Shown in pieces: positions 8,841-18,031 of a DNA stretch of 38,794 nucleotides. A model generated the notes under the pieces. That model ran no database searches. It was not told the origin of the DNA and worked only from the letters and a program-made list of their open reading frames with translations. How positions within the stretch are numbered: the first letter of the stretch is position 1; each line of letters opens with the position of its first letter. The stretch is from Gemmatimonadota bacterium (lineage in GTDB: Bacteria; Gemmatimonadota; Gemmatimonadetes; Gemmatimonadales; GWC2-71-9): NCBI GenBank assembly GCA_036679645.1, contig JAZDCY010000064.1:1-38794 (forward strand). The letters are read 5' to 3'. The position numbers and the translations under genes are program-made.

Positions 8841-10383
8841 GGTCAAGTACGCGGTGCTGGTCGGTCGACTGATCGACCTGTTCTCGCGCGGTGGGGATCA
8901 TTCCTCAGACGATCACCGGACCGCCCTACGCGCCCTGGTAGAGCTTGCAGCGCGCGGAAGCGCCACCATACGTCTGGAAGGTGGGTCGGTGCGGGTGGAA
9001 GGCATCGTCGTGCCCGATGACTCACCGTTTCTCGAAACGCTCAAGGCGAAGTTCGTGGCCCACCGCATCGCAACGATCCAGTTTGCGAACGGCGCGTCCG
9101 CGATCGATCTTGCCAACACCGTCCGCGCGTTGGTGACGGAGGCTGACGGAGAGAAGCCGGCCGCCGCGCTGCAAGACCGGCTCCGTGAGTACAAGGTGGC
9201 TACGGTGTCCGCGGTAGCGGCCGATCTGCAGGCTTCGTTCGTCGACCGGCGAGACATCCGCGTGACAGAAGCGCTGAGGGGTGTGGATCTCGACAAGCCG
9301 CTCGAGCAGCAGATCGAGGGATACGAAGAAGGCCTGCTCTCGCAGAAACGACGCGCGTACGATGAGATGGTTGGCCAACAGCGCAGCTCCGCCGAGCGGA
9401 TTGCGGATGTTCAGGGAACAGAGGAACTCTCCGGAGCTGCGCTCCGCAACCACCTCGATCGCGTCATCTATGCCGTGACGCAGGCCCTCAACGCAAAGGA
9501 ATACGATCGCGCGGTCGAAGCGCTCGTCCGGCTCATTCGGAGCGAGACATCCTCCCGCGACTCGGACACGCGTCGGGCCTACGGCGTCGCGTTGCGCCGA
9601 CTGCTGGCGACGGACTCGCTCCGATGGGTGGCGCCGTACTTGCTTGACGAGATGTTCGCGTCCGACGTCATCGAGATCATGCGTCGTGCCGGAACCTCTG
9701 GTACCAAGGTGCTGCTGGACATGCTGATCGCGGCGCCCACCGTCGCCGAACGGAAGGCGTATCTTCGCGCACTACACGGGATCGAGGAAGGGACAGAGGC
9801 CATCACGAGCTTGCTCAATCACCACGAGTGGTTCGTGGTGCGGAACGCGGCGGACCTCGTGGGTGAATTGAAGATCGAGGAGGCTGTCCCTGCTCTCGGA
9901 AGGGTCGCTGCCCACGACGATGCCCGCGCACGCAAGGCGGTTGGTATTGCGCTTGCCCGAATCGCGACGCCGGCGGCAGCGCTCCACCTCCAGAAGACAT
10001 TTCGCGATCCCGATGTCGATGTGCGACTCGCGGTTGCGCGCGAGGTAGGAGGGAAGGGGATGAGCGGGCTCGCCATGCCGATCGTCTCGGCGGCGTCGCA
10101 GGAGGAAAATGAGGAGATCCTGTGTGAGTACTACCGCGCGCTGGGCCGCATTGGAACCCCAGATGCGGTGCAGGCGCTCACCAACGCGGCACTCGAGGGC
10201 CCGCGACGTATTCTGGGCCGAAAGGCGAGCCCCGCACAACTCGCGGCGGTCGAAGGGCTTGCAGCGGCCGGCGGCGAGACTGCGCGTGACGCTTTGGAAC
10301 AGCTCGTCAAGAAGGGCGGCGGACAGGTCAAGTCTGCCGCACGCCAGACGCTGGCGATGGTGCGCCCGCCTACCAGGGAATGA
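8830..10383 (+). CDS. HEAT-repeat protein (paralog 2)
   Basis: ATG at 8830 overlaps the end of paralog 1; HHEWFVVRNAADLVG, DPDVDVRLAVAREVG, ALGRIGTPDAVQAL. Confidence 0.82.
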   Translation: MRDEVKYAVLVGRLIDLFSRGGDHSSDDHRTALRALVELAARGSATIRLEGGSVRVEGIVVPDDSPFLETLKAKFVAHRIATIQFANGASAIDLANTVRALVTEADGEKPAAALQDRLREYKVATVSAVAADLQASFVDRRDIRVTEALRGVDLDKPLEQQIEGYEEGLLSQKRRAYDEMVGQQRSSAERIADVQGTEELSGAALRNHLDRVIYAVTQALNAKEYDRAVEALVRLIRSETSSRDSDTRRAYGVALRRLLATDSLRWVAPYLLDEMFASDVIEIMRRAGTSGTKVLLDMLIAAPTVAERKAYLRALHGIEEGTEAITSLLNHHEWFVVRNAADLVGELKIEEAVPALGRVAAHDDARARKAVGIALARIATPAAALHLQKTFRDPDVDVRLAVAREVGGKGMSGLAMPIVSAASQEENEEILCEYYRALGRIGTPDAVQALTNAALEGPRRILGRKASPAQLAAVEGLAAAGGETARDALEQLVKKGGGQVKSAARQTLAMVRPPTRE

Positions 10384-11437
10384 AGTCGGTGTTCGCGCGG
10401 ACGCGGCGCACGAACGCCGCGAGTAATCGCGCCGCCCGGTCCAGATCCTCCAACGCAATCATCTCGCTCGGACTGTGCATGTAGCGGTTGGGTACGGAGA
10501 CCAATCCGGTTGGCACACCCCGCAATGCCGAGTGAATTGCATCGGCATCGGTACCGGTGTCCACGGGCGCCGCCTGGACTGTGAATGGGATCTTCTCCCG
10601 CTCGGCACATGCAACCAGCATGTCGAAGACGACGGGATGGATTGCCGAGCCGCGTGACAAGACCGGCCCGCCACCGAGCTTGACATCGCCGACCTCTTTC
10701 TTTTCCGCGCCTGGCCAATCGGTGGAGTGGGTGACATCCACCACGAGGGCGACCGTTGGATCGAGACCGACCGCGCTCGTCCGCGCCCCACCGCCCGTCC
10801 ACGCGATCTCCTCCCGAGTGGTAGCAACGGCATAGACGGCTGCCTCCGGACGCCGGCGCCGCAAGCGACGCAGCGTCTCGAGGACCACAAACGCCCCTAT
10901 GCGATTGTCGATACTCCGTGAGACCATGCGTCGGTTAGGGAGATCCAATGGTGTTCCGGCGATGACCGCCGGATCGCCAACTCGCGCCCGTTTCAGCGCA
11001 TCCTTCTTGTTCTTGGCGCCGATATCGATCCACAGGTCGGAGGTTTTGAGGACGTGCTCCTTGTCCTCAGCGGTGAGCAAGTGCACGGGCTTCTTCCCGA
11101 TGACGCCGTCGACCGGTCCCTTGCCCGCGAGAACGCGCACGCGCTGTCCGACCAGGACCTGCGCGTCCCAGCCGCCGATGACAGAGAAGAAGAGGAACCC
11201 GTTGTCGTCGATGTGGACGACCATCAACCCGATCTCGTCGATGTGTCCGGCCAGCATGACGCGGGGTGCCCGGTCGGCGTGAAGCGCGGCGATTGAGTTG
11301 CCAGAAACGTCGACGGTGACCTCGTCGGCGATCTGTGCGGCTTCTTGGCGCCACACGGCGGCGGGCGCCGTCTCGAACCCTGAGGGGCCCGGTGCATCCA
11401 ACAGGTGGTGCAGGAACCTTCTGGACGTGTTGTTCAT
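10370..11437 (-). CDS. M42 family metallo-aminopeptidase
   Basis: PGPSGFE, AGHIDEIG, DLWIDIGA, IDNRIG, REE, VDVT, GTDADAI, RYMHSPSE. Confidence 0.92.
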   Translation of the reverse strand: MNNTSRRFLHHLLDAPGPSGFETAPAAVWRQEAAQIADEVTVDVSGNSIAALHADRAPRVMLAGHIDEIGLMVVHIDDNGFLFFSVIGGWDAQVLVGQRVRVLAGKGPVDGVIGKKPVHLLTAEDKEHVLKTSDLWIDIGAKNKKDALKRARVGDPAVIAGTPLDLPNRRMVSRSIDNRIGAFVVLETLRRLRRRRPEAAVYAVATTREEIAWTGGGARTSAVGLDPTVALVVDVTHSTDWPGAEKKEVGDVKLGGGPVLSRGSAIHPVVFDMLVACAEREKIPFTVQAAPVDTGTDADAIHSALRGVPTGLVSVPNRYMHSPSEMIALEDLDRAARLLAAFVRRVRANTDFIPW

Positions 11438-11521
11438 ATCAGATCATGTAACATCGCGGTCAACGGATGATCAACCGCTGGATTCTACAACCGCCGCCGC
11501 GCAGGGCGCCAGCGGAGTTGC

Positions 11522-11550
11522 TTGACATCGTGTGGTTGTATCCCTAGCGT
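11522..11550 (+). promoter_or_regulatory. Candidate sigma70 promoter for the OPT gene
   Basis: TTGACA (11522-11527), 17-bp spacer, TAGCGT (11545-11550), 45 bp upstream of the ATG. Confidence 0.6.
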
Positions 11551-11595
11551 TTGCGCTCTCGCTCGCGCTGACCCTCCAATCGGTCCACGACTCCC

Positions 11596-13653
11596 ATGGC
11601 AGATACGGCACCGCCATCGTCGGCATCCGGTTCCGACGCTCCCTACATCCCGGCGTCCGAGTCGCTCCCGGAGATCACGGCCAAGGCCGTCATCCTCGGT
11701 GCGATCCTCTCGGCGGTCCTCGCCGGAGCGAACGCGTACCTCGGGCTAAAGGTCGGGCTCACGGTCTCGGCATCGATACCGGCGGCCGTCATCTCGATGG
11801 CCGTGCTTCGACTCTTCCGCGAGTCGAACATTCTCGAGAACAATATTGTGCAGACCTCGGCGTCTGCCGGTGAGTCGCTTGCCGCCGGAGTGATCTTCAC
11901 CCTGCCTGCGCTCATCATGCTGCAGTACTGGCAGGGGTTCGAGTTTGTGCCGACCATGTCCATCGCGCTCATTGGCGGTATCCTGGGCGTGCTGTTCACG
12001 ATTCCCCTCCGGCGCGCCCTCATCATCGAAGCCAAACTCCAGTTCCCCGAAGGCGTGGCAACCGGCGAGGTGCTCAAGGCCGGGACCGAGGGCGGGCGCG
12101 GCGTGCGCCTGATCGCGGTGGCCGGCGTCGCCGGTGCGCTGCTCAAGCTGTCGCAGTCCGGGCTCAAGCTTGTCGCCGGGACGGCGTCGGGTGCGGTCAC
12201 CGTCGGTAACTCGATCTTCGGGTACGGCAGTGAACTCGGCGTGGCGCTCCTGGCGGTGGGTTACATCGTCGGGATCAACATTGCCGTGCTGGTGCTCGTC
12301 GGAGGGTTGATCTCGTGGTTGTTAGGTATTCCGATCTACACGGCGACGGCGGACCCGGGCGTGTTGCAATCGATCATTGGTGATTCGACCGGTTACGATG
12401 CCGCGGAACAGGTGTGGAGCCAACGAATCCGCTACATGGGCGTTGGCGCAATGGCCACCGGTGGGTTGTGGGCGCTCCTCGCGCTCATCAAGCCGATTCG
12501 TGACGGAGTCCGCTCGTCGCTGGCCGCGGTGCGCGCGTCGCGCTCGGGTGGAGCGCAGGCGATTCTCCGTACGGAACAGGATACCCCCATCAACGTCGTC
12601 ATGATCGGCGCCGTATCGCTCGCGATCCCGTTGTTCATCGTGTTTCTCTCGGTCGTGGACAAAGACGTCCTGGCGATCTCCAGCGGTCTCTACTGGGCGA
12701 CGATAGCCGTTGGCGTGGTCTTCGCCTTCGTCGCCGGCTTCTTGTTCTCGTCCGTCGCGGGATACATGGCAGGGCTCGTTGGCAGCTCCAACAACCCGAT
12801 CTCAGGTGTGACGATCGCCACGATCCTCACGATTTCGTTGCTGCTGCTATGGATGCTCGGAGGTCAGATCGATTTCCTGGTGGATACGACCAAAGCCACC
12901 GCTGCGGCCGCCACAGCCATTCTCGTGGGTGGTGTGGTGTGCTGCGCCGCGGCCATCGCCGGCGACAACATGCAGGACCTCAAGGCCGGTCGTATCGTAG
13001 GCGCGACGCCGTACAAGCAGCAGATCATGCAGATCCTCGGCGTCGTGGTGGCTGCTCTCGTCATCGCGCCGATCCTCCAGTTGCTCTATACCGCGTACGG
13101 TCTGGGGGACGTGTTCCCACGTGCGGGCATGGACGCGGCAGAAGCGCTTAAGGCCCCGCAGGCGACGCTCATGAGCTCGGTTGCGGAGGGTGTGTTCACG
13201 CGGAACCTGCCATGGACCATGATCGCGATCGGGGCGGCTGTCGCGATCGCGATAATCATCTTCGACAGGGTTCTGGAAGCCCGCCGTAGCACGTTCCGCG
13301 CGCCGGTGTTGGCGGTCGCGGTGGGGATCTATCTCCCGCTCGAGCTGTCCGTACCCATCTTCTTGGGTGGCGTGGTCGCGTTCATGGCGAACAAGGTGCT
13401 CACTCGGCGGGGTGCCACGCCCGAGCAACGAGCCGTCGCCAGCCGGAACGGGTTGCTGTTTTCGTCTGGGCTCATCACGGGTGAGGCACTGGTTGGAATC
13501 CTACTCGCGATTCCATTCGCCGCAGCTCAGAGCACGAACGTGATCAAGCTCGCCCCGGACGGCTTCGATAAGGTCGCCACCGTGCTGGGCGTTCTCGGGC
13601 TGGGTTTCTTTGTGCTCTGGTTGTATCGGACTGCGCTCAGGACAACGGACTAG
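11596..13653 (+). CDS. OPT family oligopeptide transporter
   Basis: ANAYLGLKVG, ENNIVQT, FPEGVATGEVL, GSSNNPISG, DNMQDLKAG, APQATLM; many TM helices. Confidence 0.95.
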   Translation: MADTAPPSSASGSDAPYIPASESLPEITAKAVILGAILSAVLAGANAYLGLKVGLTVSASIPAAVISMAVLRLFRESNILENNIVQTSASAGESLAAGVIFTLPALIMLQYWQGFEFVPTMSIALIGGILGVLFTIPLRRALIIEAKLQFPEGVATGEVLKAGTEGGRGVRLIAVAGVAGALLKLSQSGLKLVAGTASGAVTVGNSIFGYGSELGVALLAVGYIVGINIAVLVLVGGLISWLLGIPIYTATADPGVLQSIIGDSTGYDAAEQVWSQRIRYMGVGAMATGGLWALLALIKPIRDGVRSSLAAVRASRSGGAQAILRTEQDTPINVVMIGAVSLAIPLFIVFLSVVDKDVLAISSGLYWATIAVGVVFAFVAGFLFSSVAGYMAGLVGSSNNPISGVTIATILTISLLLLWMLGGQIDFLVDTTKATAAAATAILVGGVVCCAAAIAGDNMQDLKAGRIVGATPYKQQIMQILGVVVAALVIAPILQLLYTAYGLGDVFPRAGMDAAEALKAPQATLMSSVAEGVFTRNLPWTMIAIGAAVAIAIIIFDRVLEARRSTFRAPVLAVAVGIYLPLELSVPIFLGGVVAFMANKVLTRRGATPEQRAVASRNGLLFSSGLITGEALVGILLAIPFAAAQSTNVIKLAPDGFDKVATVLGVLGLGFFVLWLYRTALRTTD

Positions 13654-13660
13654 CCAATCG

Positions 13661-14827
13661 TCAGTCGCGCAATAAGGCCTTCGCGATGGTCTGCAGCTGC
13701 ATGTTGCTGGTGCCTTCGTAGATCGTGCCGATCTTGGCGTCGCGATAGTACTTCTCGACCGGGTACTCCCGGGTGTAGCCGTACCCGCCGTACAACTCGA
13801 CGCACAGGCTCGTGATCCGTTCCGCGGCCTGCGCCGCGTAGAGCTTGGCCATGCCTCCTTCGAGAACGTATGATCGGCCTGTGTCCTTCAACCTGGCAGC
13901 GTTGTACACCAGCAAGCGTGACGCCTCCAGTTCGGTGCGTGCCTGCGCCAGCTGAAACTGGACACCTTGGAACTCCCCGATCGGCCGGCCAAACTGCGAC
14001 CGCTCCTTCACGTACCGGAGCGTGGCATCGAGCGCGCCGCGAGCGACACCGACCATCTGTGCCCCGATGCCCACCCGGCCGGCGTTGAGCGTTTCGATCG
14101 CGACCTTGTACCCTTTTCCGACGTCGCCCAACACGTTGACGGCGGGGACCTCGCAATCCTCGAGGATCAACTCAGTCGTGCTCGACGCGCGGATCCCGAG
14201 TTTGTCTTCCTTCTTGCCCACGGTGAAACCGGGTGTCTCGCGCTCCACCATGAACGCCGTGATGCCTTTGTAGCCGAGGCTCGGGTCGACGGTTGCAAAG
14301 ATGATGAAGATCCCCGCTTCGGCCCCGTTGGTGATCCAGAGCTTCTGCCCGTTCAAGATCCACGTATCGCCGCGCTGCTCGGCGCGGGCCTCGAGCGCAA
14401 AAGCGTCGGACCCCGAGCCGGCCTCCGAGAGCGCATACGCGCCCAACTCACCGCCGGTCAGTCGCGGGAGGAACCGGCGCTTCACGTCGTCGTTGCCCCA
14501 CGTGGTGATAGCGATGTTGACCAACGTGTTGTGGACATCGATCAGCACGGCCGTACTCGCGTCCACGGCCGCCAGCTCCTCGACCGCGAGGCAACTCATG
14601 AAGAAGGATCCACCCGCGCCGCCATACTGCTCTGGCGCATCGATCCCCATGAGGCCGAGTTCGGCAAACTTCGGAATCAATGTGCGATCGTATGTTGCGG
14701 TGCGGTCCATTTCCGCCACCAGCGGCCCGACCTCAGCGCGAGCAAAATCGCGGACCGCACTGCGGAACATTTCCTCGTCTTCGCTGAGGACGGTGAGGGG
14801 TGTGGAGGAGGTGTCTACAGAGGTCAT
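13661..14827 (-). CDS. Acyl-CoA dehydrogenase (short/branched-chain type)
   Basis: ALSEAGSGSD, NGQKLWITN, KLGIRASST, RSQFGRPI, YRDAKIGTIYEGTSNMQ. Confidence 0.95.
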   Translation of the reverse strand: MTSVDTSSTPLTVLSEDEEMFRSAVRDFARAEVGPLVAEMDRTATYDRTLIPKFAELGLMGIDAPEQYGGAGGSFFMSCLAVEELAAVDASTAVLIDVHNTLVNIAITTWGNDDVKRRFLPRLTGGELGAYALSEAGSGSDAFALEARAEQRGDTWILNGQKLWITNGAEAGIFIIFATVDPSLGYKGITAFMVERETPGFTVGKKEDKLGIRASSTTELILEDCEVPAVNVLGDVGKGYKVAIETLNAGRVGIGAQMVGVARGALDATLRYVKERSQFGRPIGEFQGVQFQLAQARTELEASRLLVYNAARLKDTGRSYVLEGGMAKLYAAQAAERITSLCVELYGGYGYTREYPVEKYYRDAKIGTIYEGTSNMQLQTIAKALLRD

Positions 14828-14942
14828 GCGCGTCTCGGTCGAAAGATCACCGATGGGAATGTATCGCGGGAAAGGTACTCTGTGAGCCGTGCGCCGGACT
14901 ACACCAAAACCCGCGCACAGCGCACGCGCTCACCGCGCACTA

Positions 14943-16043
14943 TCAATAAGAAGCCCAATCATCCATCCAGGTGTTCCCGACCGGCACCCAACCGGAGAGC
15001 CCGTTGAGCGAGGCGCGCACGAACAGGGAATTGAAATCCATGTCGGTATAGTCGTCTTGCTCTCCCAACTTGGTTTTCCCCACGCTCAGGCCCAGCTGCG
15101 CCTTGAGTCCGGAGGCGACGTACCCGTCGAACCGCTGGTCGTCGGCCCCGAGATGAATCTTTCCGCCCACCAGAATCGCCCCGTACCACTGAAAGAAAGC
15201 GCTATGGATGTGCAGGTCTCCCGTCACGATCAGGAGTCCAGTGCCGACGTCACTCGACGAAGGGTCGCCGATCGTGAGGTTCCCGGTGATGAGTTGGACG
15301 GAGTAGGTCCAGTCCCACAGTTGCGGACTCGTGTAGTCGGGCGCAATGCCGCCGTTCACGACCGCGTTCCAGTCGATATAGGTCGAGTCGGCGACCTGTT
15401 GTCTGCTTCCGGCCGCCAGGACGTACGGACTATTGCCGCTCAACGTGAAGCCCGAGAGATCTGCCGGGCTCAGTCCAGAAGGTGTACGAATGGCGGTCAC
15501 GTCCGGGTCGCGGCATCCGGCCGGTGCCTGATCGACCCCACGGAACTCTCCGGTCGCATTGCCGTTCTGCTTTCCATCGATACCCTCGGCGGCCGTCCAT
15601 ACCGCGGGCATCTTCAAGCTCCCTTGCTGCCAGCGCGCAAACTGGGCCACTGTGCGCCGTGCCCGCGGGTCAGGACCGATCGACGCCTCAATCGCGGAGC
15701 CGGTAGATCGGATGATGTAGAGCCACGTGCCGAGGGTGTCGGCCGGCTTCTGCGCGACGTGCGCGTGTACCCACGCATATCCGCCGGGCACGTTGATGCG
15801 CACAGAGTCGTTGTCGACGGGCCGCACAGGACGCACACAAGCGTCGATGTTCAGCGTGCCGAGGTAAGTCTGCAGCCCGCTTTGCGCGATCGCGAGGGCC
15901 TCTTGTGTAGCGCTGGTCCCGGCGGCGATCTGCCGATCGACCTGGAGCCGGGTGAAGCCCGCCGTGAGCATGACGGTCAGCAGTGCGACGAGCAGCACGG
16001 TGACGGGAATGGCAAACCCTCGGCGATCGGTGACGTTGGGCAT
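14943..16043 (-). CDS. PilX/GspK-like minor pilin
   Basis: Class III-like signal RRG|FAIPVTVLLVALL lacking Glu5; ALAIAQSGL motif; last gene of the pilin cluster. Confidence 0.75.
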   Translation of the reverse strand: MPNVTDRRGFAIPVTVLLVALLTVMLTAGFTRLQVDRQIAAGTSATQEALAIAQSGLQTYLGTLNIDACVRPVRPVDNDSVRINVPGGYAWVHAHVAQKPADTLGTWLYIIRSTGSAIEASIGPDPRARRTVAQFARWQQGSLKMPAVWTAAEGIDGKQNGNATGEFRGVDQAPAGCRDPDVTAIRTPSGLSPADLSGFTLSGNSPYVLAAGSRQQVADSTYIDWNAVVNGGIAPDYTSPQLWDWTYSVQLITGNLTIGDPSSSDVGTGLLIVTGDLHIHSAFFQWYGAILVGGKIHLGADDQRFDGYVASGLKAQLGLSVGKTKLGEQDDYTDMDFNSLFVRASLNGLSGWVPVGNTWMDDWASY

Positions 16044-16047
16044 CTCG

Positions 16048-16866
16048 TTACGACTCCCTGTTCGCGAACTTCACGCGCACGTCGAACTCGAATCTCGTTG
16101 GTCCCGGTGCTCCGCGCGGAGTGCTTTCACTCTCGGCGAACAGCAGGACCTCGAGTCCCTGCAGGGAGTCGAGGTCGGTCGGTGGTGTGGCCTGTGCGGT
16201 GAGTTGGGTCCCCATGAGAAACCGGAATCCGGCGTCGCTCGCAAACGGTGCTATGACCTCTTCTTCCGGCAGCCCATCTGCCGTGCGGAACAGACCGGTT
16301 CGACCCGGCAGCAACGACGACGATTGGAAGCGATAGCGAATGGACCGTGCGAGGAAGAAGATCGTCCCCGGTGGGGCCATGCCGGTCGCGCCAATCTGGA
16401 CGAGCTGACCCCCGGGTACGACGCGAACACTGTCGGCCGTACAGGCGCCGAGGTTGCCCGATGGTCCGACCGAGGGCCATTGTGGTCCGGCCTGATAGGA
16501 TCCGTTTGCAAGTTGCCAGAAGATGACTCCCGGCACCGCGGTCGCGAACAGAGCCGAATCGACAGGCATCAATGACGCGATAGTCGCCGAGCCCGCCTCG
16601 TTGCACAACACGCCCCACGCATAGGGTACGTTGAGCTGAATGTCGGTACCGGTTGCGGCGAAGACGCCCCCGCTTGTGATGAGCCGAAGATCGTTCGCGA
16701 TCAGGTTGTGCGCCGTTCGGGCCGTCCGGCGGGCGTCGAGTTCCGCCTCTTGGCGCGCCACGAATGTGGACGTCGAAAGAATCAGCTTGGCAAGTGCGGT
16801 CCCGAGGATCGCGACCACACCCATCGTGACGATGAGTTCGACGAGCGTGAATCCGCGCCGATTCAT
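16048..16866 (-). CDS. PilW-like prepilin-type protein
   Basis: MNRRG|FTLVELIVTMGVVAILG N-methylation motif. Confidence 0.85.
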   Translation of the reverse strand: MNRRGFTLVELIVTMGVVAILGTALAKLILSTSTFVARQEAELDARRTARTAHNLIANDLRLITSGGVFAATGTDIQLNVPYAWGVLCNEAGSATIASLMPVDSALFATAVPGVIFWQLANGSYQAGPQWPSVGPSGNLGACTADSVRVVPGGQLVQIGATGMAPPGTIFFLARSIRYRFQSSSLLPGRTGLFRTADGLPEEEVIAPFASDAGFRFLMGTQLTAQATPPTDLDSLQGLEVLLFAESESTPRGAPGPTRFEFDVRVKFANRES

Positions 16867-17270
16867 AGCGTGTTCAACGGCGAGATGAGCCGCGGCTTGG
16901 TGCGGTGCACGGTGATCGTATCAGAGACCAGCGTCGCGGGGCTTGTCGGTACGACGATGACACGGACTTCGCGGAGCTGGGACGTGAGAGTCTGTAACTC
17001 GTAGCAGAGGGTGTACGCGAGTTGTGGGGTCGTATCTGCCTGGCATCCGACAATCTGCGGCAGGCTGTCCCAGGAGAGACTCAATGCCTGAGACGACGCG
17101 CTCTCGAGGGCGGCGGTCCGCTGGGTGACGGCACCTGAGATACGTGAGTGCCTCCCCATCTGCCACATGAGACCCGTGAGTGACAGCAACACGGTCGTCA
17201 GGATCGAGAGCGCGACCATCACCTCGATCAGAGAGATACCGCGCTCCCCGCGCACACGGTTACGGCACAT
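16863..17270 (-). CDS. PilV-like prepilin-type protein
   Basis: ERG|ISLIEVMVALSIL motif; 135 aa. Confidence 0.82.
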   Translation of the reverse strand: MCRNRVRGERGISLIEVMVALSILTTVLLSLTGLMWQMGRHSRISGAVTQRTAALESASSQALSLSWDSLPQIVGCQADTTPQLAYTLCYELQTLTSQLREVRVIVVPTSPATLVSDTITVHRTKPRLISPLNTL

Positions 17271-17736
17271 TTTGCACCCGTATTTGCCCGGCTACGGTCA
17301 TCGTGATCTTCCGGGCGAACCCGGCGATGCCGAGTGTGTAGGTGGCCGATTGACCGACGATCGAGGTCGGGAACAGCTCGAGGGTCGCGGGCGCGGCGGT
17401 GAACTGGCTCAGCTCATACTCGCCGTTCGCCCCAAAGCGCCGGGTGCGAAACACCGTGTCAGCATCGCGATCACCGATCTGGTACTCGAGCGTGCTCGTA
17501 TTCACGCTCAGGACCATCGGCTCGCCGAACCGCGCCGCGAGTAGTTGCGCGTACTGGAGATCTCCGGCAAGGACGCTGGCGGCTCCCCGCACGCGAGCGC
17601 GCCCGAGGGCCGGCGCGATCTTGACGTACGCGATCCCCGTGAGGATCGCCATTACCGCCATCACGATGAGCAACTCGATGATGGTGTACCCACGGTCGTG
17701 TCGCCGACCTGATTCACCTAAAGCCTTATTCGTCAA
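17260..17736 (-). CDS. FimT/GspH-like prepilin-type protein
   Basis: DRG|YTIIELLIVMAVMAILTG, LAGDLQYAQLLA, C-terminal ITMTVAGQIRV. Start (TTG 17736) uncertain. Confidence 0.8.
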   Translation of the reverse strand: MTNKALGESGRRHDRGYTIIELLIVMAVMAILTGIAYVKIAPALGRARVRGAASVLAGDLQYAQLLAARFGEPMVLSVNTSTLEYQIGDRDADTVFRTRRFGANGEYELSQFTAAPATLELFPTSIVGQSATYTLGIAGFARKITMTVAGQIRVQNVP

Positions 17737-17806
17737 TGACTTGCAGCCCTTTTCTTGTGTCCTCAGCCGGGTGGGACCAGCTTCGCGCGCAATGGTCCAG
17801 AAACCC

Positions 17807-17821
17807 GCAAACGGCACGCCA
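17807..17821 (-). promoter_or_regulatory. Candidate sigma54 (-24/-12) promoter of the pilin cluster
   Basis: Minus strand reads TGGCGTGCCGTTTGC, i.e. GG-N10-GC with TTGC, about 70 bp upstream of the fimT-like gene. Confidence 0.6.
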
Positions 17822-18031
17822 TGCGGTCCGGCACCGGTGCTATAGACGTAAGTGCTACTCTGCCAGTCGGTTGGAGCGCCTCCGGCGGTGGTCCTGGGGC
17901 TGGGTCCGGGGTGCGCGCCACAGGCGATTCGCTCCCGACCCGGCAGAACGCTACATCCCACTCAACGTTATCTTAATCGTTGGTTCGGCGAAGTGACCAA
18001 CGCACCGAAATCGCGTGACATAGATCGCATT

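Noticed and set aside
14900..14940. Terminator after the pilX-like gene
   Set aside because: Only a weak wobble-rich stem and a short T-run; not supportable.
14889..16202. 437-aa + strand ORF opposite the pilX-like gene
   Set aside because: Antisense shadow typical of high-GC DNA; Arg/Val-rich with no motifs.
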